Positions 11,079 to 23,269 of a DNA stretch of 64,000 bases are shown one piece after another (within the stretch, counting starts at the first letter, position 1; each line of letters begins with the position of its first letter). Source of the stretch: Saccharolobus islandicus REY15A. Lineage in GTDB: Archaea > Thermoproteota > Thermoprotei_A > Sulfolobales > Sulfolobaceae. The position numbers and the translations under genes are program-made. The stretch is from assembly GCF_000189555.1 (NCBI RefSeq), contig NC_017276.1, one strand, 5' to 3'. The notes below the pieces were generated by a model, which saw only the letters and a program-made list of their open reading frames with translations, ran no database searches and was not told where the DNA came from.

Positions 11079-11079
11079 A

Positions 11080-11388
11080 ATGGTTAGGCCGGTAATGAAA
11101 GGACGAGATTTAGAAACGTTGGTATTCCTAGGGAGATTAAAAGAGGTAAAAGTAGAGTATTGTGATGAAGAAAAGAAGATGGCTAAAGTAATAGGGGTTA
11201 CTGATACCAAAGAGGAAGTAGAGACTGAGTGTATACCATTAAGGGCTGCTGGTAAGATCTCTACAGTTCTTAAGCATTATATTAGGTTAGGTGTAGGAAA
11301 CTATATTATAACGGAAAACGATATGAGCAATGTAGCCAATGTTGACACACAAGTAGAAGAGGAGGAAAACAAGAATGAGCAAATTTAG
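11080..11388 (+). CDS. Hypothetical protein, 102 aa, acidic C-terminus
   Basis: ORF abuts pyrD and overlaps the next gene; no motif recognised. Confidence 0.7.
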   Translation: MVRPVMKGRDLETLVFLGRLKEVKVEYCDEEKKMAKVIGVTDTKEEVETECIPLRAAGKISTVLKHYIRLGVGNYIITENDMSNVANVDTQVEEEENKNEQI

Positions 11389-11686
11389 GATTGATAAAAT
11401 TCCTAAAAATGAACAAGATATAGAGGAAATACAAAGAGAAATAGAAGAATCTCACCATCACGAACATGAGCACGAACATAGTATTGAGGAACTGCTTGGC
11501 GAAATATATCTAAATGTTCAGAGCCTCCAGAGCAAGGTAGAGGAATTAAATAGGTCAAATGATGACTGTAAAAGGGAAATTTCTAAAATATATCTTGTTC
11601 TCGGTAAGCTACTAATAGTATTAACTACGAACGATAATGATGAGAAGATTAAAAATCTTAAAGAAGTTCTTAATTTGCTAGAATGA
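11375..11686 (+). CDS. His-rich coiled-coil hypothetical protein
   Basis: [11 protein letters not shown] segment followed by heptad-like helices. Confidence 0.75.
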   Translation: MSKFRIDKIPKNEQDIEEIQREIEESHHHEHEHEHSIEELLGEIYLNVQSLQSKVEELNRSNDDCKREISKIYLVLGKLLIVLTTNDNDEKIKNLKEVLNLLE

Positions 11687-12291
11687 GCGAATTAGTTTCA
11701 ATCCCAGAAATAGCCTTTAAACTATATGCAATTATGGATCCCCTATCAATACTTCCTTATCTCATTGCGTTGTATGAAGAATTCAATCGCAATTCTCAAA
11801 ATAAGATAAGTTGGGGATTTTTGGTAAACAAATTGTCCATAGCAGTTGCTGTATTGCTTTTATTTTTCTCCATACTTGGTGGACCACTTTTAGCTTTTTT
11901 AGGCATAAGTGTTTCTGCTTTAGAGATAGGTGGAGGTATAATACTAGTTTACTTAGGTGTGGATACTCTTGGAGGATTCCAGCAGTTGAAGTTCTTATCA
12001 AGCAAGATAGAGGAAGCCATAATCACGCCTATTGCTACGCCTCTTATCGTAGGTCCAGGTACAATGACTGGATTAATCACCTTATCGGTCAGTAATAATT
12101 TAATAATTTTAATTCTCGGTAGTTTACTGGCTGCACTACTGGTTTATCTGTCTTTACTATTAGGTCCTATCATAATTAGAGTACTAGGTAATACAGGCAC
12201 AGTAGCAGTAGGTAGATTTATGGCAATTATAATAGCAGCATTTGGCGTTCAGCTTATAATAGATGGTATATCACAAATAAAGTTGATATGA
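11683..12291 (+). CDS. MarC-family membrane protein
   Basis: [39 protein letters not shown] motifs. Confidence 0.9.
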   Translation: MSELVSIPEIAFKLYAIMDPLSILPYLIALYEEFNRNSQNKISWGFLVNKLSIAVAVLLLFFSILGGPLLAFLGISVSALEIGGGIILVYLGVDTLGGFQQLKFLSSKIEEAIITPIATPLIVGPGTMTGLITLSVSNNLIILILGSLLAALLVYLSLLLGPIIIRVLGNTGTVAVGRFMAIIIAAFGVQLIIDGISQIKLI

Positions 12292-12345
12292 AGAATTCTG
12301 TTTAAGATGAAAATTTTTTAACACGATCTCTATATGTTTATTAGC

Positions 12346-12819
12346 ATGTCAGATAGTAAAAAACGTACGGTAGATTTGGATGCAATAGATAGGAGGTTAT
12401 TAATAGAACTCACTAGGGATGCCAGAACAAGTTTAAGAAGACTTGCGGAAGAGATGAACGTATCTCCAGCTACGCTCCATAATAGGATGACCAGAATGGT
12501 ACAAGAAGGAATGATAAAGAGCTTCGTAGCTTTACTAGACTATTCTAAATTGGGTTTTGCTCTAACTGGTATAATTATGGCTAAAGTGGATGGAAAACAC
12601 CTAGTCGAATTCGAAAAAGAGATAGCAAACGCTGATAATGTTATAGCTGTTTATGATGTAGTAGGAGAGTATGATGTTGTAATAATAGCTAAATTTAGAA
12701 GCGTTGAGGAGCTAGATAGTTTCTTAAAACAGCTGCTTAAAAATCCTAAGATTGAAAGAACGTATACAAGTATAGTTTTAAATGTTGTCAAAGAGGATCC
12801 AAGAATACGAATATTTTAA
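12346..12819 (+). CDS. lrp: Lrp/AsnC-family regulator (Ss-Lrp-like)
   Basis: [23 protein letters not shown] plus RAM domain VVGEYD. Confidence 0.9.
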   Translation: MSDSKKRTVDLDAIDRRLLIELTRDARTSLRRLAEEMNVSPATLHNRMTRMVQEGMIKSFVALLDYSKLGFALTGIIMAKVDGKHLVEFEKEIANADNVIAVYDVVGEYDVVIIAKFRSVEELDSFLKQLLKNPKIERTYTSIVLNVVKEDPRIRIF

Positions 12820-12860
12820 TGCAAAAGTTTTTATACTATTCCATCGCTTTATTTTCACTT

Positions 12861-13169
12861 ATGAAGTTCTGTCCTAAGTGCGGAGGATTAATGGTTCCAT
12901 CAAAGAAAGATGGGAAAGAGATCCTAAAGTGCAGTAAGTGTGGATATGAGATGACGTTAAGTGAAAAAGAGAAGAAAGAATACAGTGTAAAGGAAAGTAA
13001 GGATAAGAGTAGTAAGGTATTAACAACGTCGATAGTCAGCGATAAAGAGGGAAGAAACTTGAGTGAAGAGCTAGAGCATGAGAGGGAAGAGTACTATAAG
13101 GAAATAGGGTTAGAATTACTAAGAGAGGAATTCGAGGGAAATGAAGAGGAAGAGGGTAGAGAAGATTAG
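12861..13169 (+). CDS. TFS/RpoM paralogue with N-terminal Zn ribbon only (TFS2-like)
   Basis: [11 protein letters not shown]...CSKCGY; an acidic tail replaces the C-terminal catalytic Zn ribbon. Confidence 0.8.
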   Translation: MKFCPKCGGLMVPSKKDGKEILKCSKCGYEMTLSEKEKKEYSVKESKDKSSKVLTTSIVSDKEGRNLSEELEHEREEYYKEIGLELLREEFEGNEEEEGRED

Positions 13170-13217
13170 CGTAATAGTAGGAAATCTTTTATAATTATAT
13201 GTAGTAGTTTTTAAGGT

Positions 13218-13457
13218 ATGAAGGTAACTGGAGTAACGGCTAAGTATAAAGCCAAGATTGGTAGTAATGAAATTCTTATAGAAGAAGCAAAAAATGAGAA
13301 AGGAGAATCAATATATATTTTCACATCAGTAAAAGGGATTAGCTTACCCAATGGAGAAAAATGGACACCCAAAACTGATGATGCAAAAGACTTAGATAGA
13401 AACAATGTAACAGAAGATTTAAAGAAGAATTTTAGAAAAGTAGTACAACTTTTATAA
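13218..13457 (+). CDS. Small hypothetical protein, 79 aa
   Basis: Upstream AT-rich promoter-like gap and typical composition; the opposite-strand ORF looks like a shadow. Confidence 0.7.
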   Translation: MKVTGVTAKYKAKIGSNEILIEEAKNEKGESIYIFTSVKGISLPNGEKWTPKTDDAKDLDRNNVTEDLKKNFRKVVQLL

Positions 13458-13498
13458 AAAGGGTTTTTATATACGATTAAAGGAGAGAAAGTAAGTAG

Positions 13499-15019
<1,521 letters not shown>

Positions 15020-16393
15020 TTAAATTATCTTATTTTTTAATGGATATATGTAATCTTTAGGAGCTTTCGGAAATATTTCAAGATATTTTCTTAATACCTT
15101 TGGTACCTCGACTACTCCATCCTCTCTTTGATAATTCTCTAAAATAGCCGTTATGGTTCTTGTGCTAGCAATTGCAGTACTATTTAACGTATGCACATAA
15201 CCTCTCTTATTATTCTTCCTATCCACATATCTTATCTTCATTCTGAAAGCTTGCCAATCTGTACAATTACTACAACTTACCATTTCTCTAAATTTGGCTT
15301 GAGCTGGCATCCATACTTCTAAGTCAAATTTCTTTGCAGCGCATGCACCTAAATCACCTGATGCTATATTTACAATTCTATATGGTAATTCAAGTTGTTG
15401 AAATATACTCTCAGCATTTGTTATTAGTTCAGCATGGTACTTCCAACTATCTTCTGGGGTTGAAAATATGAATTGCTCAACCTTGTGAAATTGATGAACT
15501 CTGAAAATTCCCTTTAAATCCTTGTTTGCAGCACCAGCCTCTTTTCTAAAAGCGGGACTGATTCCAGCAAATTTTAGGGGTAATTTATCTTTCTCAATTT
15601 CCTCTTTAAAGAACATGGCGGCTATTGAATGTTCTGCAGTTGCAATTAGATATAAATCCTCGTTTTCTATCTTGTATATTGCATCCTTAAATGTATCTAG
15701 GTCGATAACTGATTGTATAACTTCTCCCCTTAGCATATAAGGAGGAAGAACTAAAGTGTACCCTTGTTGAGTGATATAATCTATCGCGAAAAGTAACAAC
15801 GCGAAATCTAGCCAAACTATATCATTAAATAAATAGTAAAATCTAGACCCCGCTATTTCAGCAGCTTTGAGTGTGTTCCCTAAATGCAATACGTCCTCTA
15901 GCATTTCTGCATGCCCTTTAGGTTTCCATTTAGTTATTTCATAGTTTACATTAGCATCTTTAGTTTGCCTCAGAAATTCTTCAACATCTCCCTCATACAC
16001 TTTAAACTTTCCCCAAAACTTGATAGGAATATTATAGCTATCGTCTGGACCATTTGGGACATCATCAGCTACAAGGTTTGGCAGAGAAGATAGTAATCTA
16101 TCTCTTTCAACCTCTATTTTCTCCAATTCCTTTTCTTTATCCTCTAAGATTTTCAATAAATTTTTGCTTTCCTCAATTTTCTTCTTTCTTTCTTCTCCAG
16201 AGAGCTTAGGAATCTGAGAGCTTAAAACATTGTGTTGATGCCTTAATCTTTCAACTTCTTGCAAAACTTGTCTCCACTTTTTATCTAGTTCGACAGCTTT
16301 GTCTACTAAAGAAACATCTATAGCCCGTCTTTTCAAATTATTTTTTAGTTCCTCCGGATTTTTTCGCAAAAACTCTAGGATACTCCAGGACAT
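15020..16393 (-). CDS. serS: Seryl-tRNA synthetase
   Basis: [38 protein letters not shown]. Confidence 0.97.
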   Translation of the reverse strand: MSWSILEFLRKNPEELKNNLKRRAIDVSLVDKAVELDKKWRQVLQEVERLRHQHNVLSSQIPKLSGEERKKKIEESKNLLKILEDKEKELEKIEVERDRLLSSLPNLVADDVPNGPDDSYNIPIKFWGKFKVYEGDVEEFLRQTKDANVNYEITKWKPKGHAEMLEDVLHLGNTLKAAEIAGSRFYYLFNDIVWLDFALLLFAIDYITQQGYTLVLPPYMLRGEVIQSVIDLDTFKDAIYKIENEDLYLIATAEHSIAAMFFKEEIEKDKLPLKFAGISPAFRKEAGAANKDLKGIFRVHQFHKVEQFIFSTPEDSWKYHAELITNAESIFQQLELPYRIVNIASGDLGACAAKKFDLEVWMPAQAKFREMVSCSNCTDWQAFRMKIRYVDRKNNKRGYVHTLNSTAIASTRTITAILENYQREDGVVEVPKVLRKYLEIFPKAPKDYIYPLKNKII

Positions 16394-16418
16394 TGAATAA
16401 CATAGTTATTAAGCAATT

Positions 16419-16817
16419 TTATGACTTCTGTTCATCAGCTGGTAATCCATAAGTCTGTACCCACATCTCAACTATATCGTAACCATATAATTGTTTAAAC
16501 TTCTCTCTACCCTCAGCTGTCATTTTTAATGGAGTCCATTGTGTATCTAAATCTATGTCAACTTCTACACTCTTAGCTGGTACACTTTCCTTTATTACTT
16601 GCTCTACAGTATATACTAAATCATCAATAACTGGACATCCAGGTGCTGTTAATCCTAATTTAAGGTAAACATCACCCTCATCATTTATTTTCAGATCATA
16701 AATAAGTCCTAAATTTACTATATCAACTGGAATTTCTGGATCATAAACGTCTTTTAATGCCTCCATTATTTTTTTCTTCCATTCTTCCCTGTCTACTTTT
16801 TGCTGTTGTGAACTCAT
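16419..16817 (-). CDS. DUF59/SufT/PaaD-type Fe-S assembly protein
   Basis: VYDPEIPVDIVNLGLIY, LTAPGCP. Confidence 0.9.
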   Translation of the reverse strand: MSSQQQKVDREEWKKKIMEALKDVYDPEIPVDIVNLGLIYDLKINDEGDVYLKLGLTAPGCPVIDDLVYTVEQVIKESVPAKSVEVDIDLDTQWTPLKMTAEGREKFKQLYGYDIVEMWVQTYGLPADEQKS

Positions 16818-16843
16818 ATTCTTTAACTCTGTTAAAGTAAATT

Positions 16844-17206
16844 TTAACTCTTACTATTAATTAGCTCATCATAACTTCTGTAAAAACAAGTATAGCTACC
16901 AGTATGACAAATAGGTCCTAATGATCTTACTTTAAAAAGTACAGCATCTGCATCACAATCCACTTTAAATTCTTCGATGATTTGAAAATTTCCACTAGTT
17001 TCCCCCTTTAACCATAAGTTCTTTTTACTTAGAGACCAAAAATGAAGATAGCCAGTGGTTAATGTCTTGAACAACGCTTCCTTATTCATATTTCCCACCA
17101 TTAGTATTTCCTTACTTTTATAGTCTTGAATTACGGCAATTATTGTATTTTCCTCATGTCTAAAGTTCAATAATGATGTAATCTTCTGCGCTTCCTCTTC
17201 ATTCAA
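16844..17206 (-). CDS. hisI: Phosphoribosyl-AMP cyclohydrolase
   Basis: LWLKGETSGN, DCDADA, CHTG..TCF. Confidence 0.95.
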   Translation of the reverse strand: MNEEEAQKITSLLNFRHEENTIIAVIQDYKSKEILMVGNMNKEALFKTLTTGYLHFWSLSKKNLWLKGETSGNFQIIEEFKVDCDADAVLFKVRSLGPICHTGSYTCFYRSYDELINSKS

Positions 17207-17208
17207 TT

Positions 17209-17808
17209 TTAACGTTTAATCCACCCCTTAAGATTCTCTAGAAATATTTTACCAGTACTTGAACTCTTCTCTGGGTGAAACTGCGTTCCTACAACATTCT
17301 TTTCACACACTAATGCAGGATATTCTATTCCATACTGACTTTTCATGTAAACATAATCTTCACTAGTAGGATATGCTATATAGCTATGAACATAGTAAAC
17401 ATATTTCTTATCTAATCCATAAGTTAATCCACAAGAATCTTTTACTTCAAATACTAAATCCCAACCTATGTGAGGAAGTTTCACATTAGCATTTATCTTA
17501 TCTACTATACCCTTGAACCATCCCAATCCATTACTCTCTTTTCCCTCAGTTCCCTTTTCAAACATTATCTGCATACCTAGACAAACTCCTAAAAAGCTAG
17601 TCCCACTCCTTCTTAGATCATTGAATAGGTCCTTATATTGTGAGATAAATTCGGCTACAGCTGAAAATGCTCCAACACCAGGAAATACAATTAGATCATA
17701 ATCTTTCCTTGGTTTATTATCAATTATTACTTCAAATCCTACTCTTTTTAGAGCTGACGAGATACTATATAAATTCCCTACTCCGTAATTAATTACTAAC
17801 GCTTTCAT
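17209..17808 (-). CDS. hisH: Imidazole glycerol phosphate synthase glutaminase subunit
   Basis: GVCLGMQ, PHIGW, YVHSY, QFHPEKS. Confidence 0.96.
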   Translation of the reverse strand: MKALVINYGVGNLYSISSALKRVGFEVIIDNKPRKDYDLIVFPGVGAFSAVAEFISQYKDLFNDLRRSGTSFLGVCLGMQIMFEKGTEGKESNGLGWFKGIVDKINANVKLPHIGWDLVFEVKDSCGLTYGLDKKYVYYVHSYIAYPTSEDYVYMKSQYGIEYPALVCEKNVVGTQFHPEKSSSTGKIFLENLKGWIKR

Positions 17809-18098
17809 TTTCTCCTCCTCTCTAACTCTCTATAAATATCGTCTGGTGTTACGCCTTCTAATGCCATTAACACTAATAAATGATAAATTAAATCTGCAAC
17901 TTCACTTATAAATCTCTCCTTATTCTCCGCTAAAGATGCTACTATTGTTTCTACAGATTCCTCACCAACTTTCCTCGCTACGTATGCCTTTCCCTTATTT
18001 ACAATTTCAGCAGTATAACTACCAGTTGGCCTCTTTTCTATCCTATCGAGTATAACTTTGTACAATTTATCTACTATTTCATTACTCATATCGGACAC
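17805..18098 (-). CDS. hisE: Phosphoribosyl-ATP pyrophosphatase
   Basis: SYTA, KVGEESVE, EVADLIYH. Confidence 0.95.
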   Translation of the reverse strand: MSDMSNEIVDKLYKVILDRIEKRPTGSYTAEIVNKGKAYVARKVGEESVETIVASLAENKERFISEVADLIYHLLVLMALEGVTPDDIYRELERRRK

Positions 18099-19278
18099 CT
18101 ATACTTTTACCATGAATTACGAATCCTTCATAGTTTGCTAAAGAAATAGATGCTTCAAGTAATTGTTTATTTATATCACGGACATTAGCGTACATTGTTG
18201 GCTTTATAAAATCGTAAACAGTAACGCCTCCTCTAATTCTAGCCCAGCCATTAGTAGGTAAAATATGATTAGGACCAGCTACATAATCTATTATTGCTGG
18301 AGGTGTGTTTCCTAGGCTTATTGCTCCTGCATTTACTATTTTATCCATTAAGGTATATGCGTCTTTAACATATAAGGATAGATGCTCTGGGGCAATTTTA
18401 TTTGCAATTTCTATAGCCTCATCTATATTTTTAGTTTTTATTATGTAATATATTTTTTTATCATCCATTATTTTCTCTTCAACCTTCTTTAGAAGTTCGT
18501 CATCATTAGATAAGAGTACTATATACGTATCAGGGCCATGTTCAGCCTGTGCCTTCATATCTAATACAACATGTTCAGGCTTTGCAGTCTCATCTGCTAT
18601 TATTACTAATTCAGTTGGTCCTTCAATTCCATCAATTCCGACAACGTTACTCACTAGGAACTTCGCAGCTTGGACATAAACATTACCCGGTCCTACAATC
18701 TTGTAAACTTTCCTTACACTCTCAGTACCATAAGCTAAAGCAGCTATTGCTTGTGCACCACCTACCTTATAAACGTCATTTACTCCTAGCTTAATTGCAA
18801 CATAAGCTAAAGCCGGATTTACTGATCCTTCTTGATTAGGAGGAGAGGCTACGTAAATTTCCTTTACCTTAGCTACTTTTGCTGGTATTCCAGCCATTAG
18901 TAAGGTTGATGGATAGGAATATTTACCGGAAGGAACATATATTCCAATCTTTTCTATACTTCTCCAAACTACTCCAAATGATATTCCTTGATAACCCCCT
19001 CCAATATTTGGAGGAACTAGCATTTCGTGAAATGCTTTTAATTGCTCATAAGCCACATCTATAGCTTGCTTAACTTTAGGATCTAACTTAGAAGCTTGCG
19101 TTTTTAATTCTTCTTCACTTACCTTGATGTTATTTATCTTCACCTTATCCAATTTTTCAGTTAGCTGATATAACGCGTTATCTCCCCTAGCCTTAACAGA
19201 TTCAATAATATCTCTAACTACTGGAATCACTCTGCTAAAATCGTTAGGTCTCTCATTTGGTAAACTATAGGAAATCAT
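18082..19278 (-). CDS. hisD: Histidinol dehydrogenase
   Basis: GGAQAIAALAYG, GPGNVYV, QAEH, EHL, GPNHILPT. Confidence 0.96.
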   Translation of the reverse strand: MISYSLPNERPNDFSRVIPVVRDIIESVKARGDNALYQLTEKLDKVKINNIKVSEEELKTQASKLDPKVKQAIDVAYEQLKAFHEMLVPPNIGGGYQGISFGVVWRSIEKIGIYVPSGKYSYPSTLLMAGIPAKVAKVKEIYVASPPNQEGSVNPALAYVAIKLGVNDVYKVGGAQAIAALAYGTESVRKVYKIVGPGNVYVQAAKFLVSNVVGIDGIEGPTELVIIADETAKPEHVVLDMKAQAEHGPDTYIVLLSNDDELLKKVEEKIMDDKKIYYIIKTKNIDEAIEIANKIAPEHLSLYVKDAYTLMDKIVNAGAISLGNTPPAIIDYVAGPNHILPTNGWARIRGGVTVYDFIKPTMYANVRDINKQLLEASISLANYEGFVIHGKSIGVRYE

Positions 19279-20030
19279 ATTCTCACCTCAATGCCTTTCT
19301 GGCTTAAATACGACTTCAAGTCTTTTATTTTAATTATCCCATCATGGAATATGCCAGCAGCTAACGCTGCGTCGGCTTTTGCGAGGGAAAAAACATCGTA
19401 AAAATGCTCCATTTTACCAGCCCCTCCACTAGCTATCACAGGTATATTAACAGAATCTACTATTTTCTTAATTAATTCTAAGTCATAGCCAAGTCTAGTA
19501 CCGTCTCTGTCAATACTAGTAAGCAGTATTTCACCCGCACCAAGTTCTTCCACTTTTTTAGCCCACTTTATAGCATCAAGTCCAGTATTGTAAGTTCCGG
19601 ATTTTGTGAAGACTATCCAATTTCCATTTATCTTCTTGGCGTCTATGGCTACTACTACTGCTTGTGAACCAAACTCTTCCGCGGATTTTTTCACTATTTG
19701 GCTATTTTCAACTGCGGCAGTATTTATACTAACCTTATCCGCTCCCGAACTTAACGCCATTGACACGTCATCAAGCGTTCTAATACCACCACCAACTGTT
19801 AGGGGAATAGACAATACACTCGCAGTATCCTTGATTACACTATATAATGCTCTTCTGGCTTCTATGGTTGCAGTTATATCTAAGAAGACTATCTCATCAG
19901 CACCTTCCTCCTCATATAGACTGGCTAGACTGACTGGATCTCCTTTAAATTGAAGATTAAGGAAATTTACTCCTTTAACTACGTTAGCGCCCTTTACATC
20001 CAGACAAGCTATTATTCTCTTCGTCGTCAT
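19275..20030 (-). CDS. hisF: IGP synthase cyclase subunit
   Basis: RIIACLDV, FLDITA, GADKVSINT, SIDRDGT. Confidence 0.97.
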   Translation of the reverse strand: MTTKRIIACLDVKGANVVKGVNFLNLQFKGDPVSLASLYEEEGADEIVFLDITATIEARRALYSVIKDTASVLSIPLTVGGGIRTLDDVSMALSSGADKVSINTAAVENSQIVKKSAEEFGSQAVVVAIDAKKINGNWIVFTKSGTYNTGLDAIKWAKKVEELGAGEILLTSIDRDGTRLGYDLELIKKIVDSVNIPVIASGGAGKMEHFYDVFSLAKADAALAAGIFHDGIIKIKDLKSYLSQKGIEVRI

Positions 20031-20608
20031 ATGACCCCCTTCGTGCTTCTTATTTCATTGTCAACTATTCTCGTTGCCTCGTATAGTGCTAATCCTAAGG
20101 CCTTAAAACTAGCCTCAATGATATGATGTGTATTATATCCACTTAATTGAGAAATATGTAAGGTAACTCCACTATTGTAAGCGAAGGATTGGAAGAAATG
20201 TGGAATATTTTCCGTAGCTAATCCACCAATTTCACTTCTCTTCAAATTAAGGTTTACGAAAGCAATTCCCCTATTTGATATATCTAGTGAAACTAAAACT
20301 AGCGCTTCATCCATTGGTATAATTTGGTGAGAGAATCTTTTTATACCTCTCTTATCGCCTAATGCCTCCTTTATCGCTAATCCAAGCGTTATTGCAACAT
20401 CTTCTATAATATGATGATCATCATAGGGTAACTTATCAGTAGCAGATACTGTTGCAGTAGAGTTCATGTAAGTTAGTAATGTTATAAGCATATGGTTAAA
20501 GAATGGAACTGGAGTGGATACCTTAATTTCGCCTTTTCTATCTATATCTAAGAATACCTCTATTTTAGTCTCCTTTGTTTCCCTTGTAATATTAGCATTT
20601 CTAGCCAA
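20027..20608 (-). CDS. hisB: Imidazoleglycerol-phosphate dehydratase
   Basis: RETKET, DDHHIIED, PMDEAL, HHIIEASFK. Confidence 0.96.
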   Translation of the reverse strand: MARNANITRETKETKIEVFLDIDRKGEIKVSTPVPFFNHMLITLLTYMNSTATVSATDKLPYDDHHIIEDVAITLGLAIKEALGDKRGIKRFSHQIIPMDEALVLVSLDISNRGIAFVNLNLKRSEIGGLATENIPHFFQSFAYNSGVTLHISQLSGYNTHHIIEASFKALGLALYEATRIVDNEIRSTKGVI

Positions 20609-21299
20609 CGTTAATCCCCCTTATTTTGTTTAGGTAAAGAGCCATTCCAACTATTATATAGTCAAACCCAACGTTTTTTAAGTACTCAATATCTGCGTCA
20701 CTTGAAACGCCCCCAGCGTATTCTTTTAATCCCCGTATCAGTCTTGCATAATCCTTCACGTTGTAATCTATTCCTTTCGTTGTGCCCTCATTACTGATAT
20801 AGGTTAGTATTATTCCTAATAATTCAAGTTCATTTACTTTCTTGATACCATCTATAACTTCCATTGATTTTTCTTTCCATCCCCTTATTAGAACTCTCTT
20901 TGTATTATCATAATCTATTGACACCATTACTCTATTGCTTCCAATTTCCCTTACAATATCATGAAACAAGTTAAAATTAGTGAATACTATTGTGGAGAAG
21001 ATTAACGCGTTAACATCTAGCGAAACTAATCTTTTAGCTTTTTCAATATCCCTTATACCCCCACCTACTTGAATCCAATCAAATCCTATTTTGGAAATTT
21101 CCTTAATGTACATCTCATTATTGCCAACTCCTTCCGCAGCATCCAAATCAACTACGTGTATTCTTGTGTACCCTTCATTATAGAGTTTGCTTGCTAGTTC
21201 TATTGGATTGCCTAAAATTAGACCCGTTCCCTTAACTCCTCTAATTCTTTTTACTGCTTTTCCAAGGCTTATATCAATACTCGGAATTATGTTACTCAA
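20601..21299 (-). CDS. hisA: ProFAR isomerase
   Basis: IIPSIDI, HVVDLDAA, QVGGGIR. Confidence 0.93.
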   Translation of the reverse strand: MSNIIPSIDISLGKAVKRIRGVKGTGLILGNPIELASKLYNEGYTRIHVVDLDAAEGVGNNEMYIKEISKIGFDWIQVGGGIRDIEKAKRLVSLDVNALIFSTIVFTNFNLFHDIVREIGSNRVMVSIDYDNTKRVLIRGWKEKSMEVIDGIKKVNELELLGIILTYISNEGTTKGIDYNVKDYARLIRGLKEYAGGVSSDADIEYLKNVGFDYIIVGMALYLNKIRGINVG

Positions 21300-22172
21300 T
21301 TACTTCACCACTTTCTCTATGTCAATCACAACGATATCCCTAGCTCCAGCGGCTTTTACTTTGGCTATAACCTCTGGTAATATATCCTCATCTGCTACCG
21401 TAATCACTTCCCAAATATCAGACCTACTTAGCCTGGTTATTGCTGGTGCTAACATTGCAGGTAATGAGTTTATTACTCCATCTAACCTATTATCAGGTAC
21501 ATTCATGAATATCATTTTCTTACCCTTAGCCGCGATTGCTCCTTTCATCATTGTAAGAAGTAAATTAATTCTATCAGCCTCATCGTTTTTTATCCAGTTC
21601 CTATTTCCTATAACTACAGCATAGGAGTCCATAATAATATCTATTGCTTTTAACCCATGCAGTTTTAGTGTAGTACCAGTGCTCATAACGTCAATTATTG
21701 CATCAGCAGCACCTAGTGATGGCATTACTTCAGCAGCTCCACTTATCTTTACTACTTTAGCGTTTAGTTCTTTTTTTCTTACGTACTCTTTTGCTATATT
21801 GTAGTATTTGGTAGCTACTCTAAATTCCCTTACTTTCAATTCTTCTACAGAATTTTCGCTCCAGGTTTGAGGTACTGCTAGAACTATTTTTGATCTTCCA
21901 AAGTCCAGTTTGATTAACTCCTCAACATCTGCACTACTTTCTATAACATAATCGTGACCAGTAATTCCTAATTCTGTAGCACCAGTTTCCACAATATTAG
22001 GTATGTCCTCAGTTCTGATCATGACTAACTGAACTCCCTCCCAACTTGTCGGCACTATCAGTGCTCTATCATCACTTGCTAATGGTTTTATGCCTACTGA
22101 TTGTAAAAATTGTAATGTAGGTTGTTGGAGCCTTCCTTTATTTGGAATTGCTATTTTCAAGTTCCTCACCAA
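21300..22172 (-). CDS. hisG: ATP phosphoribosyltransferase
   Basis: [29 protein letters not shown]. Confidence 0.96.
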   Translation of the reverse strand: MVRNLKIAIPNKGRLQQPTLQFLQSVGIKPLASDDRALIVPTSWEGVQLVMIRTEDIPNIVETGATELGITGHDYVIESSADVEELIKLDFGRSKIVLAVPQTWSENSVEELKVREFRVATKYYNIAKEYVRKKELNAKVVKISGAAEVMPSLGAADAIIDVMSTGTTLKLHGLKAIDIIMDSYAVVIGNRNWIKNDEADRINLLLTMMKGAIAAKGKKMIFMNVPDNRLDGVINSLPAMLAPAITRLSRSDIWEVITVADEDILPEVIAKVKAAGARDIVVIDIEKVVK

Positions 22173-23268
22173 GTTTATCTATAACCATTCTGCATTGCTC
22201 TTCAGTTCCTACTGTTATTCTATAAAAGTTGTCATATAACTTTCTTATTGCAATACCGTGTCTCATAAGCATTTCTTGTAAGTTCCTATTATCTTTTATC
22301 AAAAGGAAATTGGTTATTGATTTATAAACTTTCAGATTTAGATTCTTGAGTCCTTGATATAATATTTCCCTATTCCTACTAACTGTGTCTATAACATCCT
22401 TTATATATGACGAGTTTTCTAATGCCGTTATTCCCGCAATAAGTGAAGGTAAAGGTATATCAAAAGGTGTTGATGACTTCAAGAGAGTCTTCACTATTTC
22501 CTCATTGGCAATCGTATAGCCTAATCTATAGGAAGCTAATGAAAATGCCTTACTCAGAGTCCTAACTACTAAAACGTTAGGATAATCGTAAATGTAAGGA
22601 GAAACTGTATATCCTCCAAATTCGTAATAGGCTTCATCAATTACAACAAAACCTTTCGCCTTCTCCGCTAATTGGCCTATTAGTTCTCTTTTCCCATTAA
22701 GCATTGGAGAACCCGTGGGATTATTAGGATCATCAATTATTACTAACTCAGCTTTTTCTGCTTGAGCTAACAGATCATCAATGTTTTCTCTCCACCATTC
22801 ATTATCTTCTTTAAGATTTACCTTAATCACCTTAGTTCCTCTTACTGATGAGTAGACTGAATACATACTGTAAGACGGATAATTTGTTACTATTGTATCA
22901 CCAGGTTCTATAAGATTGTAAAATATTGCTCTAATTGACCCATCTGCACCCACAGAGGGATAAATGTTTTCTGGTTCCACCCTTGAATATTCAGCAGCTA
23001 ATTCCCTATATCTCTCTAAGAGCTCTGGATGCTGATATCTATTTCCCTTACTTAAGTACATCTTTACCGCATCTACAATAAATTGTGGAGGTTCAAATGG
23101 AGATTCATTAAGATGTAATCTTATTCCTTCTTTTATGTCTGTAAAATCATACTCACTTGCATTTAATAGCCAAGATTTTATCTTATTTCTAACTAACTTG
23201 GTTGGTGCAATATAAAACCCTAGATAAGCAAAGTAAAATAAATAAATAAGCTTTAATGAAAGTCTCAT
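22138..23268 (-). CDS. hisC: Histidinol-phosphate aminotransferase (true start uncertain, possibly near 23211 or 23193)
   Basis: [34 protein letters not shown]. Confidence 0.93.
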   Translation of the reverse strand: MRLSLKLIYLFYFAYLGFYIAPTKLVRNKIKSWLLNASEYDFTDIKEGIRLHLNESPFEPPQFIVDAVKMYLSKGNRYQHPELLERYRELAAEYSRVEPENIYPSVGADGSIRAIFYNLIEPGDTIVTNYPSYSMYSVYSSVRGTKVIKVNLKEDNEWWRENIDDLLAQAEKAELVIIDDPNNPTGSPMLNGKRELIGQLAEKAKGFVVIDEAYYEFGGYTVSPYIYDYPNVLVVRTLSKAFSLASYRLGYTIANEEIVKTLLKSSTPFDIPLPSLIAGITALENSSYIKDVIDTVSRNREILYQGLKNLNLKVYKSITNFLLIKDNRNLQEMLMRHGIAIRKLYDNFYRITVGTEEQCRMVIDKLGEELENSNSK

Positions 23269-23269
23269 C

